Source: a virus (Duplodnaviria; Caudoviricetes). Taken from it: a DNA stretch of 64,000 nt. Where the stretch lies: positions 64,001 through 128,000 of the IMG/VR virus record IMGVR_UViG_3300033068_001989. One strand, 5' to 3'. Within the stretch, counting starts at the first letter, position 1. Every line of letters starts with the position of its first letter. Under the pieces are notes generated by a model. It made no database searches. It was not told the origin of the DNA and saw only the letters and a list, made by a program, of their open reading frames with translations. Shown here in pieces: positions 10,149 to 18,703 of this stretch. Position numbers and translations under genes: made by a program.

Positions 10149-10679
10149 TTAGAAAACTCTTTTATTGTTTCTTTTAACTGTGTAATTAACGAAGTTTTTT
10201 ATTCCCTTCGTTGATTCTATTAACCCATAAACTACTCTTTCAAAATAGCTAAGGATTCCTTCTTTTATTGGATCCTTGTATATAATATTGGATAAACTTC
10301 TTCTAAGAATTTGGTCCTTATAATTAAATCCATTATACAAATTATCATTTTGTGAATCCCTAATATCATATAGGTTCTGATCCTGATCAAAATCATAATA
10401 TCTTCTCTCCACATTTTCTTTAGGCATATCCTTCATTATTTTCTTATAATCAGCGGAAGAAGAACACGGACCGAACATATATGAACCGTTAGCATTTGTT
10501 GTAATAGCTCGATATCCAGAGCATCCTATATTATAAGCACGATTAGTAGCAAGTTCTATTGTCGTATATAGATCTTTCGAATTATAGAAGGTAGTATTGG
10601 TTGTTTTTGGTGTTACTGTTTTAACCGTATAATTAACACTAAGATCCTGATCTGGAAAAAAAGGTGAATATGATTGCAT
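10149..10679 (-). CDS. Hypothetical baseplate-cluster protein with a small Cys-pair domain
   Basis: LYTTIELATNRAYNIGCSGY...YMFGPC resembles DUF3721-type small domains; lies between gp6 and the gp7-like gene. Confidence 0.4.
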   Translation of the reverse strand: MQSYSPFFPDQDLSVNYTVKTVTPKTTNTTFYNSKDLYTTIELATNRAYNIGCSGYRAITTNANGSYMFGPCSSSADYKKIMKDMPKENVERRYYDFDQDQNLYDIRDSQNDNLYNGFNYKDQILRRSLSNIIYKDPIKEGILSYFERVVYGLIESTKGIKNFVNYTVKRNNKRVF

Positions 10680-10684
10680 TATTG

Positions 10685-12409
10685 TTATTTATTTTGTGCT
10701 GCTAGTTGACTTTTAAGCTCCATCGTTAAACCACTTCTAAAATTTTTAGGTACTATAGAAGAAACTGTTACATTTAGAGGACCTGGTTTACCTGCTACTA
10801 TACTATCAGTAAAGAATGTTCCATTTCTATCAGACCATCCACCTCTAAGTATAACTAGCTCGTTTCTTCCTATTAATATATCACCAAAACTATCCATTCC
10901 TATAACCTCAGAGTATTGCGCATCACTAACATTAGGGAGATTCTTAATCAATAATTGATTTTCCTCATTTTTTTGCCCGATAAAAAATAAAGAAACCGAA
11001 TCAACGCCCTCTATTCCTTCAACTATTGCTATAAGATCGGATTTTGGGATTTTGTCTCTTCTTTTATTACCTAACATGTAATCAGAAAATCTTTTTCTGA
11101 TTGCTTGTTTTATAGTCTCAGGATCATTACCCTCGAATATAGATACCACTACATTAACAACATATTTAGCTATAATAGGTTCGACTATCTTAACAACAGT
11201 AGTAGCTATCATCGATCCTGAATCCTGTATAAGATTTATTATTTTTGTTTTTTGTTGTGTGGTTAAAAGAAAATCTGCATCGGGAACACTAAAATAATCC
11301 TCATTTGTTGTTAGATTTAGAGTTATATCTGGCACCAAATAAAGATATACTATATTATCGTCGTCTAAATAATCATCATCGAAAGTTGAAAATGCTTGTA
11401 TCTGTGAGAATACACCAAATTTACTTAGAAATATTTCATAATTTTCAGGATTTGCAAATACAAAAGATCTACTCGTCTTCGGAGCAACCAATCTTATAAG
11501 AGCTATACTTTCAGGGTTCGTACCGAATGTTGGATCAATATTATTTTTAATGTCTATATATAGGTTCAAATCAACCTCCCCACCAAAGAGATCAGTCCCT
11601 GTTGTTACAAATTTGTATGTAAGCGGGGTTTCTTTTGTTGAATTTGCATTACCACTTATACCACTGGTTTGTAAATATTCTATTCTTATAACAGATCCAC
11701 TAGGAGGAACCATACCAAAATTTGAATTACCAAAATAGAGGTCTATACCTTCCTGAATACCGCTTCTAACTAGATATCCCTTACCATTCAAGGGTATATC
11801 ATAAAGAGAATCATATCTTTTCCATTTTTCCTCATTTACATATACATCAATATAGAATTGGTCTATAAAAGCTCCAGATGTAGATGGAAGATTATAACTC
11901 TGTAGAGCTATACCAGTTCCAGTAACAACAGCGGTCTCGAAATTTCCCTGTACTAGCTTAGTAGCTAACGAATTTCCTCTTACTAATGGTATAGTAACTT
12001 CATTGCTTCCAAATCTAAGTGAATAAATCTTACCATTCTGTAAGCATCTTATCTGTGAATTATTCTTTATTATAACGGCACCTCCGGAAACATCACCTTC
12101 CCTAGTATTCCATGATATAGAAACCTCACCTTGAGCTGCTGATGCTCTCCCTGGATCATAACCTGCAATTCTAGCTAAGCTTCTTACCGAATAGTCTCTC
12201 GTTGCTTCCTGAATATTTAATTCAGTTATCGAATCCTCTATAAAATATAGTATAAGCTGGGAAAGATTTTGCAAAACGAAAAGTATCTGCCCCCATGCAG
12301 AAGCAACAGTAAAAACATTTGCTGTCTGATTATATGTAGTTTGAAGAAAAGAAAAGGTATCACCTAATAATCCATCAATAAGTATATTATTTTTTTTAAA
12401 TATATTCAT
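10685..12409 (-). CDS. gp6: Baseplate wedge subunit, T4 gp6 / baseplate J-like
   Basis: SVRSLARIAGYDP, LYFGNSNFGMVPPSGSVIRIEY, PESIALIRLVAP; follows gp25. Confidence 0.8.
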   Translation of the reverse strand: MNIFKKNNILIDGLLGDTFSFLQTTYNQTANVFTVASAWGQILFVLQNLSQLILYFIEDSITELNIQEATRDYSVRSLARIAGYDPGRASAAQGEVSISWNTREGDVSGGAVIIKNNSQIRCLQNGKIYSLRFGSNEVTIPLVRGNSLATKLVQGNFETAVVTGTGIALQSYNLPSTSGAFIDQFYIDVYVNEEKWKRYDSLYDIPLNGKGYLVRSGIQEGIDLYFGNSNFGMVPPSGSVIRIEYLQTSGISGNANSTKETPLTYKFVTTGTDLFGGEVDLNLYIDIKNNIDPTFGTNPESIALIRLVAPKTSRSFVFANPENYEIFLSKFGVFSQIQAFSTFDDDYLDDDNIVYLYLVPDITLNLTTNEDYFSVPDADFLLTTQQKTKIINLIQDSGSMIATTVVKIVEPIIAKYVVNVVVSIFEGNDPETIKQAIRKRFSDYMLGNKRRDKIPKSDLIAIVEGIEGVDSVSLFFIGQKNEENQLLIKNLPNVSDAQYSEVIGMDSFGDILIGRNELVILRGGWSDRNGTFFTDSIVAGKPGPLNVTVSSIVPKNFRSGLTMELKSQLAAQNK

Positions 12410-12418
12410 TTCTTTTTG

Positions 12419-12790
12419 TTATGTTAATTTTAGGGTAACTAATGGACTTAGTCCACCATCAGATTGTATATTAAAATCTAGTGTTGCTATATCTCTTTGA
12501 GTTCCAACATAAAATTTCAATTCATAGGTTCCACCTAATGCTGCAAAAAGAGGAACATAAACCTTAAGATTAAGATCAAGTTCCTTTTTTATGCTATATT
12601 CGGAAAGCTCTAAATTGAAAATAAGATCCTCTAAATTTAAACCAAATTTGGGATCACCTAATACTTCGCCCTTATTAGTAAGGAGAAGCATTTTAAGTTG
12701 ACCAGTACAGATCTCGATTGGATCTGATACCTCTAATTGATAAGGATTGTACTTTGGATCGTTCGGATCTCTATTATAAATTTCTCTCAT
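12419..12790 (-). CDS. gp25: Baseplate wedge subunit gp25-like
   Basis: LLLTNKGEVLGDPKFGLNLEDLIF motif; typical size. Confidence 0.85.
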   Translation of the reverse strand: MREIYNRDPNDPKYNPYQLEVSDPIEICTGQLKMLLLTNKGEVLGDPKFGLNLEDLIFNLELSEYSIKKELDLNLKVYVPLFAALGGTYELKFYVGTQRDIATLDFNIQSDGGLSPLVTLKLT

Positions 12791-12821
12791 AGGGAATTTT
12801 AATTCCCTTTATATATCGAGA

Positions 12822-13610
12822 TTAATTCCATTGTAAGAAATAGGACGGAGTATTTTCTCCATTGATCATATCCATGACCTCTTGGAGCTCGGTATTACCC
12901 TGTGTTCCTATCTCGGAAGCGTTTATAGTAACACCACCAGGAAGATTATAAGTGAACACGCTAAGCATCTGGGAAAGCGCTATTTTTGATTTAGCTATGC
13001 AATATCTCACAAAAAGTTCATCGTCGAAAAGATATTCATCAGGAATAGCTACGTGACATCTAACAGAAACGTCCATACCACCAACACCAAATCCCTGAGC
13101 AAGCTGACCGTTTTGTCCACCTTTCCCTGATCTATTTGGATCTCTACCTAGTATAGTTAATGCTTTTGTGTTTTTATTATACTTGTATGCAAATGTATTT
13201 AACATATATGCTTTTGCAAGATCGAAATATGAATACATAACGGTCCTATAAACCATATTATCTCCCATGAACGGGGAAAGTAATAATTCAGAACCAAGTA
13301 ATTTTGAATCTCCAAAATCTCTATCGGGTGTACCTGATATTCCAGACCCACCAAGTTCTCTAACCTCATATACTCCAATTATAGAAGGCGGAAGTACTAT
13401 TTGTCTAGTTCTTTTGAATTCAGGATGTGCAAATATGCTATTAGCTATAACAAAAACTCTATCTTCCACAGCATACTGATAATTATCATAAAACCAAGCC
13501 TTAGCTCTTTTTATGATTCTTTCCATCTCTGTTGCATTCAAGCTATACGGTAATGCGCAGCTAAAATTTAATGCATCTTCAATTTCTTGTACTAGTTCTT
13601 CTTGTGTCAT
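12822..13610 (-). CDS. gp13: Neck (head-tail adaptor) protein, T4 gp13-like
   Basis: C-terminal YCIAKSKIALSQMLSVFTYNLPGGVTINASEIGTQG typical of the gp13 family. Confidence 0.7.
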   Translation of the reverse strand: MTQEELVQEIEDALNFSCALPYSLNATEMERIIKRAKAWFYDNYQYAVEDRVFVIANSIFAHPEFKRTRQIVLPPSIIGVYEVRELGGSGISGTPDRDFGDSKLLGSELLLSPFMGDNMVYRTVMYSYFDLAKAYMLNTFAYKYNKNTKALTILGRDPNRSGKGGQNGQLAQGFGVGGMDVSVRCHVAIPDEYLFDDELFVRYCIAKSKIALSQMLSVFTYNLPGGVTINASEIGTQGNTELQEVMDMINGENTPSYFLQWN

Positions 13611-13625
13611 GTTATGATTTTATTT

Positions 13626-15032
13626 TTAGTAGTTCATATTTCCAAATTTAGAACCACCATATTGATCATTAAGATTCTTAAGTCTGCTATCAGTAACAAA
13701 TCTAACCATCCTAACATCCTCTGGAGCTTTTACTTTCATAGTTTCTTTGCTTACCTCAGAATTATCACCAAGTATTCCTCCTCTAAAAACACCACCAACT
13801 ATCTTACAGTTTATGTTTTTATTTTCACAATCTATAAAGCAATCTTTAAGTTCATTACTAAAATCAACTATAGTAGCCTTTACTTTGGAAGAGATTATTT
13901 TGGTACCACCGAAGATAAATGAATCCTCAACGCAAGATTTTTTTATGGAACAGTTATAAATGTTACAATCTCTAACTGTTGCATTTTTTATATCGCATAA
14001 TATAAGATCAACCCCGCTTATCTCGAATGCTCCTCTACTTCTAGCTTCTTTAACTTGACATCTACCAGTAGTTGTATCATAGTTAAAGTAACAAGAAGTT
14101 ATATTTCCATCTACAATAAGATCAAATATCTTATCTCTTATTGAAAAGAAGTACGTTTTAACATTCTCGTCCCATCCCTTAAGGTCTATAAAAATATGAA
14201 AGTCGGGATAGTTTCTAAAAAATATATCAGGATCACTAAAAGATCTAACAACCTTAGAATACTTATTCATCATTGTCTGAAGTGTAGCAAGATCCTGTTT
14301 GTTATATCCTGAGATTCTTCCGCTTAGTATATCATAAAGATAAAGAACTATATAATCTATTATCTCTCTTATATCTTTAATTTTTTTCTGATAATCTCTA
14401 TTACCAAGATATCTGAATTCTATATAACCCTTCGGTATTTTAGTAAAATTTACTCCATAGTATTTGTCCTCAGGTACTTTGTACATTTTAGGGTCTATGG
14501 TAGTGATGTTCTCTAGTATAGAGAATCTATTTCTAGGAAGTACTTTTTTAACAGATTTGGCATAGACGTTCTTTTCTCTTGATCCAAACTTAGAATATAT
14601 TAGGCCTTCGTCCAGGCCTAATACAAACTTAAGTTTATCTATTGTCTCAATTTTATTCTTTACGTCTCTTCTGTTTTTATCGAAGCTAACAGAAAACTGG
14701 AATGCACATCTATCATTAGTCCATCCGTTTTCATCTATCCATTTTAATATCTTTATTAAAATTGGAATTGCCTCCATATATGGAAGTGGTCCAGTAATTA
14801 ATTCAACCATCTTATTACCACCAGAATAATCAGGTTCTAATTTGAAGTTGTTTGAGTCTACTGGAGTTTTTGAGTGATATTTTTCAGAAACTACAACTTT
14901 TTTTTTGACAAGCTGGGATAATGCTTCGGCAGCCTTACCTTTTAAAAGGTCGGTATAAAATTCAAATTCAAATCCTATTACTGAGGAGCTGAGAGCATTA
15001 AGCTTATCAAAATGTGTTCTATTATCCGGCAT
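13626..15032 (-). CDS. Amidoligase_2 (COOH-NH2 ligase)-like protein with C-terminal beta-helix-like region
   Basis: IGFEFEF, PDYSGG..VELITGPL, KYYGVNF, YIEFRYLG; the usual CGxHxH motif reads CAFQFS. Confidence 0.6.
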   Translation of the reverse strand: MPDNRTHFDKLNALSSSVIGFEFEFYTDLLKGKAAEALSQLVKKKVVVSEKYHSKTPVDSNNFKLEPDYSGGNKMVELITGPLPYMEAIPILIKILKWIDENGWTNDRCAFQFSVSFDKNRRDVKNKIETIDKLKFVLGLDEGLIYSKFGSREKNVYAKSVKKVLPRNRFSILENITTIDPKMYKVPEDKYYGVNFTKIPKGYIEFRYLGNRDYQKKIKDIREIIDYIVLYLYDILSGRISGYNKQDLATLQTMMNKYSKVVRSFSDPDIFFRNYPDFHIFIDLKGWDENVKTYFFSIRDKIFDLIVDGNITSCYFNYDTTTGRCQVKEARSRGAFEISGVDLILCDIKNATVRDCNIYNCSIKKSCVEDSFIFGGTKIISSKVKATIVDFSNELKDCFIDCENKNINCKIVGGVFRGGILGDNSEVSKETMKVKAPEDVRMVRFVTDSRLKNLNDQYGGSKFGNMNY

Positions 15033-16182
15033 CTACTACTTTAACGAATATTTTTCCCGAGATTGTTTCAACCTCGTAGGCAATAACAGTAACATCGTCT
15101 CCGACTCTTATATTATTTCCTTTCTTACCCAGTTTATCCTGAGGTATTAATGCTAAAAGTCCAAGACCCTGTATTTCTACTAAGGCACCATTCTTTCTTT
15201 TGTGTTTAACCTTTGCTTCCATAGGTTCAACAGTTCCTTCGTTTACTTGTGACTCAAGATCCTGTATAATGACATTTCTCTCCAATGGTTGGTCCAGAGT
15301 AAGTGTCAATCTATTATTATCCTTTATCTCCTTAACATAGAATTCAATTTCTATTCCAGGAGAAAGAGTACCTAAACTATTACCTTCGGCAAATTCAGTT
15401 TTATGTATAAGTCCAGTGTAAACATCATCCCATTCAACAAAAACCCCAAAATCGCTGGTTCCTGTAACATATCCCTTATATTTCTTAGTAAGATCAAGTT
15501 CTTGTATTTTAGAATCCATGATTCTGTTAAGATATTTCTTATATGAAACAATAAAGATATCTTTGGCTTCAACATATCCTTCAATCATAACGTGCATTTC
15601 CTTACCTATATAAGATTCGAAATCTGTTATTTTATTTGCAGCTGCTAATGATCCAGGCATAAAACATTTAATCCCTGACAATTCAGCAATATAACCACCT
15701 TTGTTGATACTAACAATCTTAACAAGATAAGCATTGCTTTCCTTCTTAATTTGTTCAAATAGCTCAGCTCTAAGGCTATGTATATAATATTCAATTATAG
15801 AACCAGAGTAGCTTCCATTCATTTTTCTAACTCTAGCCTTAAGTTCCTCGCCTGGATAAAAACCTATTCCTGTTATATTCAATTTCTCTGCATCTCTTCT
15901 TTCTCTTTTGAGATCGATGTAGATTGTTTGTCCAGAATCGGTTTGGGCTAAAGCTTCGTCAGCTTTAACACTTATGATTGTACACGTATAAACTCCTCCA
16001 TCAGAAAGATCCTTAGATCCTCCCTCAAACTTGTCATTACTTGCAAAATAAAGTTCCGCTAGCTCCTCAGCGTAAGGTTCATGGCAATATATTTTAGATC
16101 CTGCCGGGGATTTGACTTTAGAATTGATAGATAAACCATTAGGTATGTCCCATTCAAAATTTTCTAAGTAATCGAGATTCAT
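15022..16182 (-). CDS. rpsA: Ribosomal protein S1-like protein (multiple S1 OB domains)
   Basis: NKGGYIAELSGIKCFMPGSL, GTSDFGVFVEWDDVYTGLIHKTE and NGALVEIQGLGLLALIP are three clear S1 repeats, plus a degenerate N-terminal one. Confidence 0.75.
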   Translation of the reverse strand: MNLDYLENFEWDIPNGLSINSKVKSPAGSKIYCHEPYAEELAELYFASNDKFEGGSKDLSDGGVYTCTIISVKADEALAQTDSGQTIYIDLKRERRDAEKLNITGIGFYPGEELKARVRKMNGSYSGSIIEYYIHSLRAELFEQIKKESNAYLVKIVSINKGGYIAELSGIKCFMPGSLAAANKITDFESYIGKEMHVMIEGYVEAKDIFIVSYKKYLNRIMDSKIQELDLTKKYKGYVTGTSDFGVFVEWDDVYTGLIHKTEFAEGNSLGTLSPGIEIEFYVKEIKDNNRLTLTLDQPLERNVIIQDLESQVNEGTVEPMEAKVKHKRKNGALVEIQGLGLLALIPQDKLGKKGNNIRVGDDVTVIAYEVETISGKIFVKVVDAG

Positions 16183-16265
16183 TTTTTTTAAGTTTTAGAT
16201 GATTATACTTTACTATTAATTATACTATATATCACATCTTTAGTTCCTTTAAATTGCAGTATTTT

Positions 16266-18020
16266 TTAGTAAACTAATGGAACGAATCCAATCATAGGAA
16301 TAGGTCCATTTGGACCCGGAATACCACCACGATAAATAAATTTTAATTCCAATAAATGCATAGAAAAAGAATAAGCAAGAGCTGATGCTACCATTTTAGC
16401 TGCAACACTCTTTTCATAAGGTTTATTAAATTTTTTCCCTGTATTGAAAGATCTTTTTATATTATTACCGAGCATAGTCTGACTCCCATAATATATGGGT
16501 ACGTAAAGTCCACCTTGTGGGGGAGAAAATAGTGCGGGAGGAGCTCCAGGTTCATTAGTTAGAGGTTTCTGTGCACAGGATTTCCAATAGTCAATAACTC
16601 CTTTAGCCATCACATTATATGCATCCTCCGGTTTATCCGGGTCCTCATTTTTTCTTGCTGCTTCCGCTATTTCGTTTATCCATCTTATCTTGAGTTCTCT
16701 ATATCTTTCCTCCTCCTGTGAATACTCGTTTATCTTATTGAAATCGTGTCGTGCTTTTATCCATCTAAGATTAAAAGTATTTCCACCAAAAAAATTATTA
16801 AAAGTATTGCTATAACTAGAGCTGAATATACTTTTTTTGGAATTCTTAGAGAACAATCCAACAATCTCATCGGCATATTGATAATTATCATCAAATTCCA
16901 ATTCTGTCTGATTTATTAAAGTGTCGGAATAATTTTGCTCCTTTAACATAGCTCTAAGATATCCACCATCATATTTAGAATATGTGAAATGTGTTATAAA
17001 ATTAGCAGTTAAATAATCAGGTATTTTATTTGGGTTACTTAGATGCTGATCCTGAAGAAGTTGATATGTTATATTAACAGAAGGTAAATTATCGGATATT
17101 TCTTTTATTGATATCTTTCTATTAACAGTACTTGGCATTAATTCCTTAATGAAGTTTCTATTGTACTTTTTATTAAAATAAGATACCATTATTTTCTGAA
17201 CCCCAGCAGGAGAAGACGTGACTGATAATACCCTTCCGTCTATAATATCACCCTTCCAATATCCATCATTATCGCTTCTCGATAATCTTCCCTTGTAGGT
17301 GTCACTTTTCTCATCGGTATTATCGATATTGATATCTCCACTAGTCTTATTGAAAGCATCAGACGACAGATAATTATACGTTTCGGTTTTATCTCTATAT
17401 TTAGCGTATCCTCTTACAACATCTCCAGGCTGGAGAGGTCTTGATGTTTCAATCTTTAATAGATTAATAACTTCGTCCATTATTAAATTTCCCCAATCAG
17501 AATAAGATCCGGTTCTTAAAGAATACATCCACTGAAGATATGATCCACTACCATCAAATTGATGAAGAATCTTTCTTGCTATCTCTGTTACTGCCTGCTT
17601 TTTATCGGCTGGAAAATTTGGATATTGTGAAAAGAATTGTGAATAAACGAAAGGTGGTATTGTTTCCTTATTTTCTTCAGCCCAATCTCTAAAGTCAAGG
17701 TCAACCTGGTCCGCAGCTCCTGACACGTCAATTACTGGCGGTTGTACATCAAGGTCAGCATACTCTGGGCTTGTCTTTTTTTCCTCAAATGTTAAATCTC
17801 CATTCTCATACAATATTTTAAATCCCTTCTTAAACCCATTAAACATGATATCATCCTTACCTTTTATGTGGGTTTCGTTATAAGGTGATGCTGCTTTACC
17901 TACAGTCGCAGAAATATATTCCTTTCTAAGAAAATCTGCCATTTCCTCGTAGGATCCAATAGACTGAGATGTTAATTTATCACTAACATTAGTTATGAAT
18001 GTTCCCCAATCTGCTGCCAT
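16266..18020 (-). CDS. Hypothetical protein downstream of the spike gene, probably virion-associated
   Basis: Long ORF, 3 nt after the spike gene; no recognised domain. Confidence 0.45.
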   Translation of the reverse strand: MAADWGTFITNVSDKLTSQSIGSYEEMADFLRKEYISATVGKAASPYNETHIKGKDDIMFNGFKKGFKILYENGDLTFEEKKTSPEYADLDVQPPVIDVSGAADQVDLDFRDWAEENKETIPPFVYSQFFSQYPNFPADKKQAVTEIARKILHQFDGSGSYLQWMYSLRTGSYSDWGNLIMDEVINLLKIETSRPLQPGDVVRGYAKYRDKTETYNYLSSDAFNKTSGDINIDNTDEKSDTYKGRLSRSDNDGYWKGDIIDGRVLSVTSSPAGVQKIMVSYFNKKYNRNFIKELMPSTVNRKISIKEISDNLPSVNITYQLLQDQHLSNPNKIPDYLTANFITHFTYSKYDGGYLRAMLKEQNYSDTLINQTELEFDDNYQYADEIVGLFSKNSKKSIFSSSYSNTFNNFFGGNTFNLRWIKARHDFNKINEYSQEEERYRELKIRWINEIAEAARKNEDPDKPEDAYNVMAKGVIDYWKSCAQKPLTNEPGAPPALFSPPQGGLYVPIYYGSQTMLGNNIKRSFNTGKKFNKPYEKSVAAKMVASALAYSFSMHLLELKFIYRGGIPGPNGPIPMIGFVPLVY

Positions 18021-18023
18021 TAT

Positions 18024-18701
18024 TTATTTAGTTTTTGATACTTGGCTTAGATGTTGTGCATCTGTCATCGGTACAATTGGTGTTCCTGAAGGACCAACAC
18101 CGGTTGGGTGTGTATGTGAATTAAAATATGTTAGAAATGTGCTTCCTTTAACCAATTTTTCTACTGCGCCCTCGCCTAACTCGATATTATTACATTTAAC
18201 TATGACCTTGCTCTGCTCCATTCTTATCTCGTCCTCTCCCATCTTAACAAGTATTCTAAGCTCGCCACCATTTTGTGTATCTAATTGTACTTTAGCATCG
18301 CCCAAAGATATAACAAGCCCATTTTTTCTGGTGTATATTATCTTCAATGTTCCTGGCAGTGCTTCGCCATCATAGAGTAAAGCTTGTGTTCCTTCATATG
18401 AATTTTCTTCCTGCAACTCTTTTGCAAGATCCGGAGCTTGCTCCTTGATATAATCATATGTTATCTTATAGTAATTCTCCTCTTCGAAATGTACAGAAAC
18501 AACTGATCCCAATCTGGGTATAGATATATTACCTCCGCCATATTGAGAGCCAAAAGAAAGTCCAGAATTTTGCTCAGCCCATGGTATGTTTTCAACAGCA
18601 AGATCATCAAATAATCCAAAAACTGCAACTCTTGCTCTCCCTTGTTTAAGTGGGTCATTAATATCTACTATTTCACCAAGGTAGGTTTTTTCACTAGGCA
18701 T
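18024..18701 (-). CDS. gp5: Baseplate central spike, gp5 OB-fold / P2 gpV-like
   Basis: YLGEIVDINDPLKQGRARV..IPWA..IPRLGSVVSVHF OB-fold; C-terminal HTH (HxH) metal-binding tip; no lysozyme domain. Confidence 0.8.
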   Translation of the reverse strand: MPSEKTYLGEIVDINDPLKQGRARVAVFGLFDDLAVENIPWAEQNSGLSFGSQYGGGNISIPRLGSVVSVHFEEENYYKITYDYIKEQAPDLAKELQEENSYEGTQALLYDGEALPGTLKIIYTRKNGLVISLGDAKVQLDTQNGGELRILVKMGEDEIRMEQSKVIVKCNNIELGEGAVEKLVKGSTFLTYFNSHTHPTGVGPSGTPIVPMTDAQHLSQVSKTK

Positions 18702-18703
18702 AA

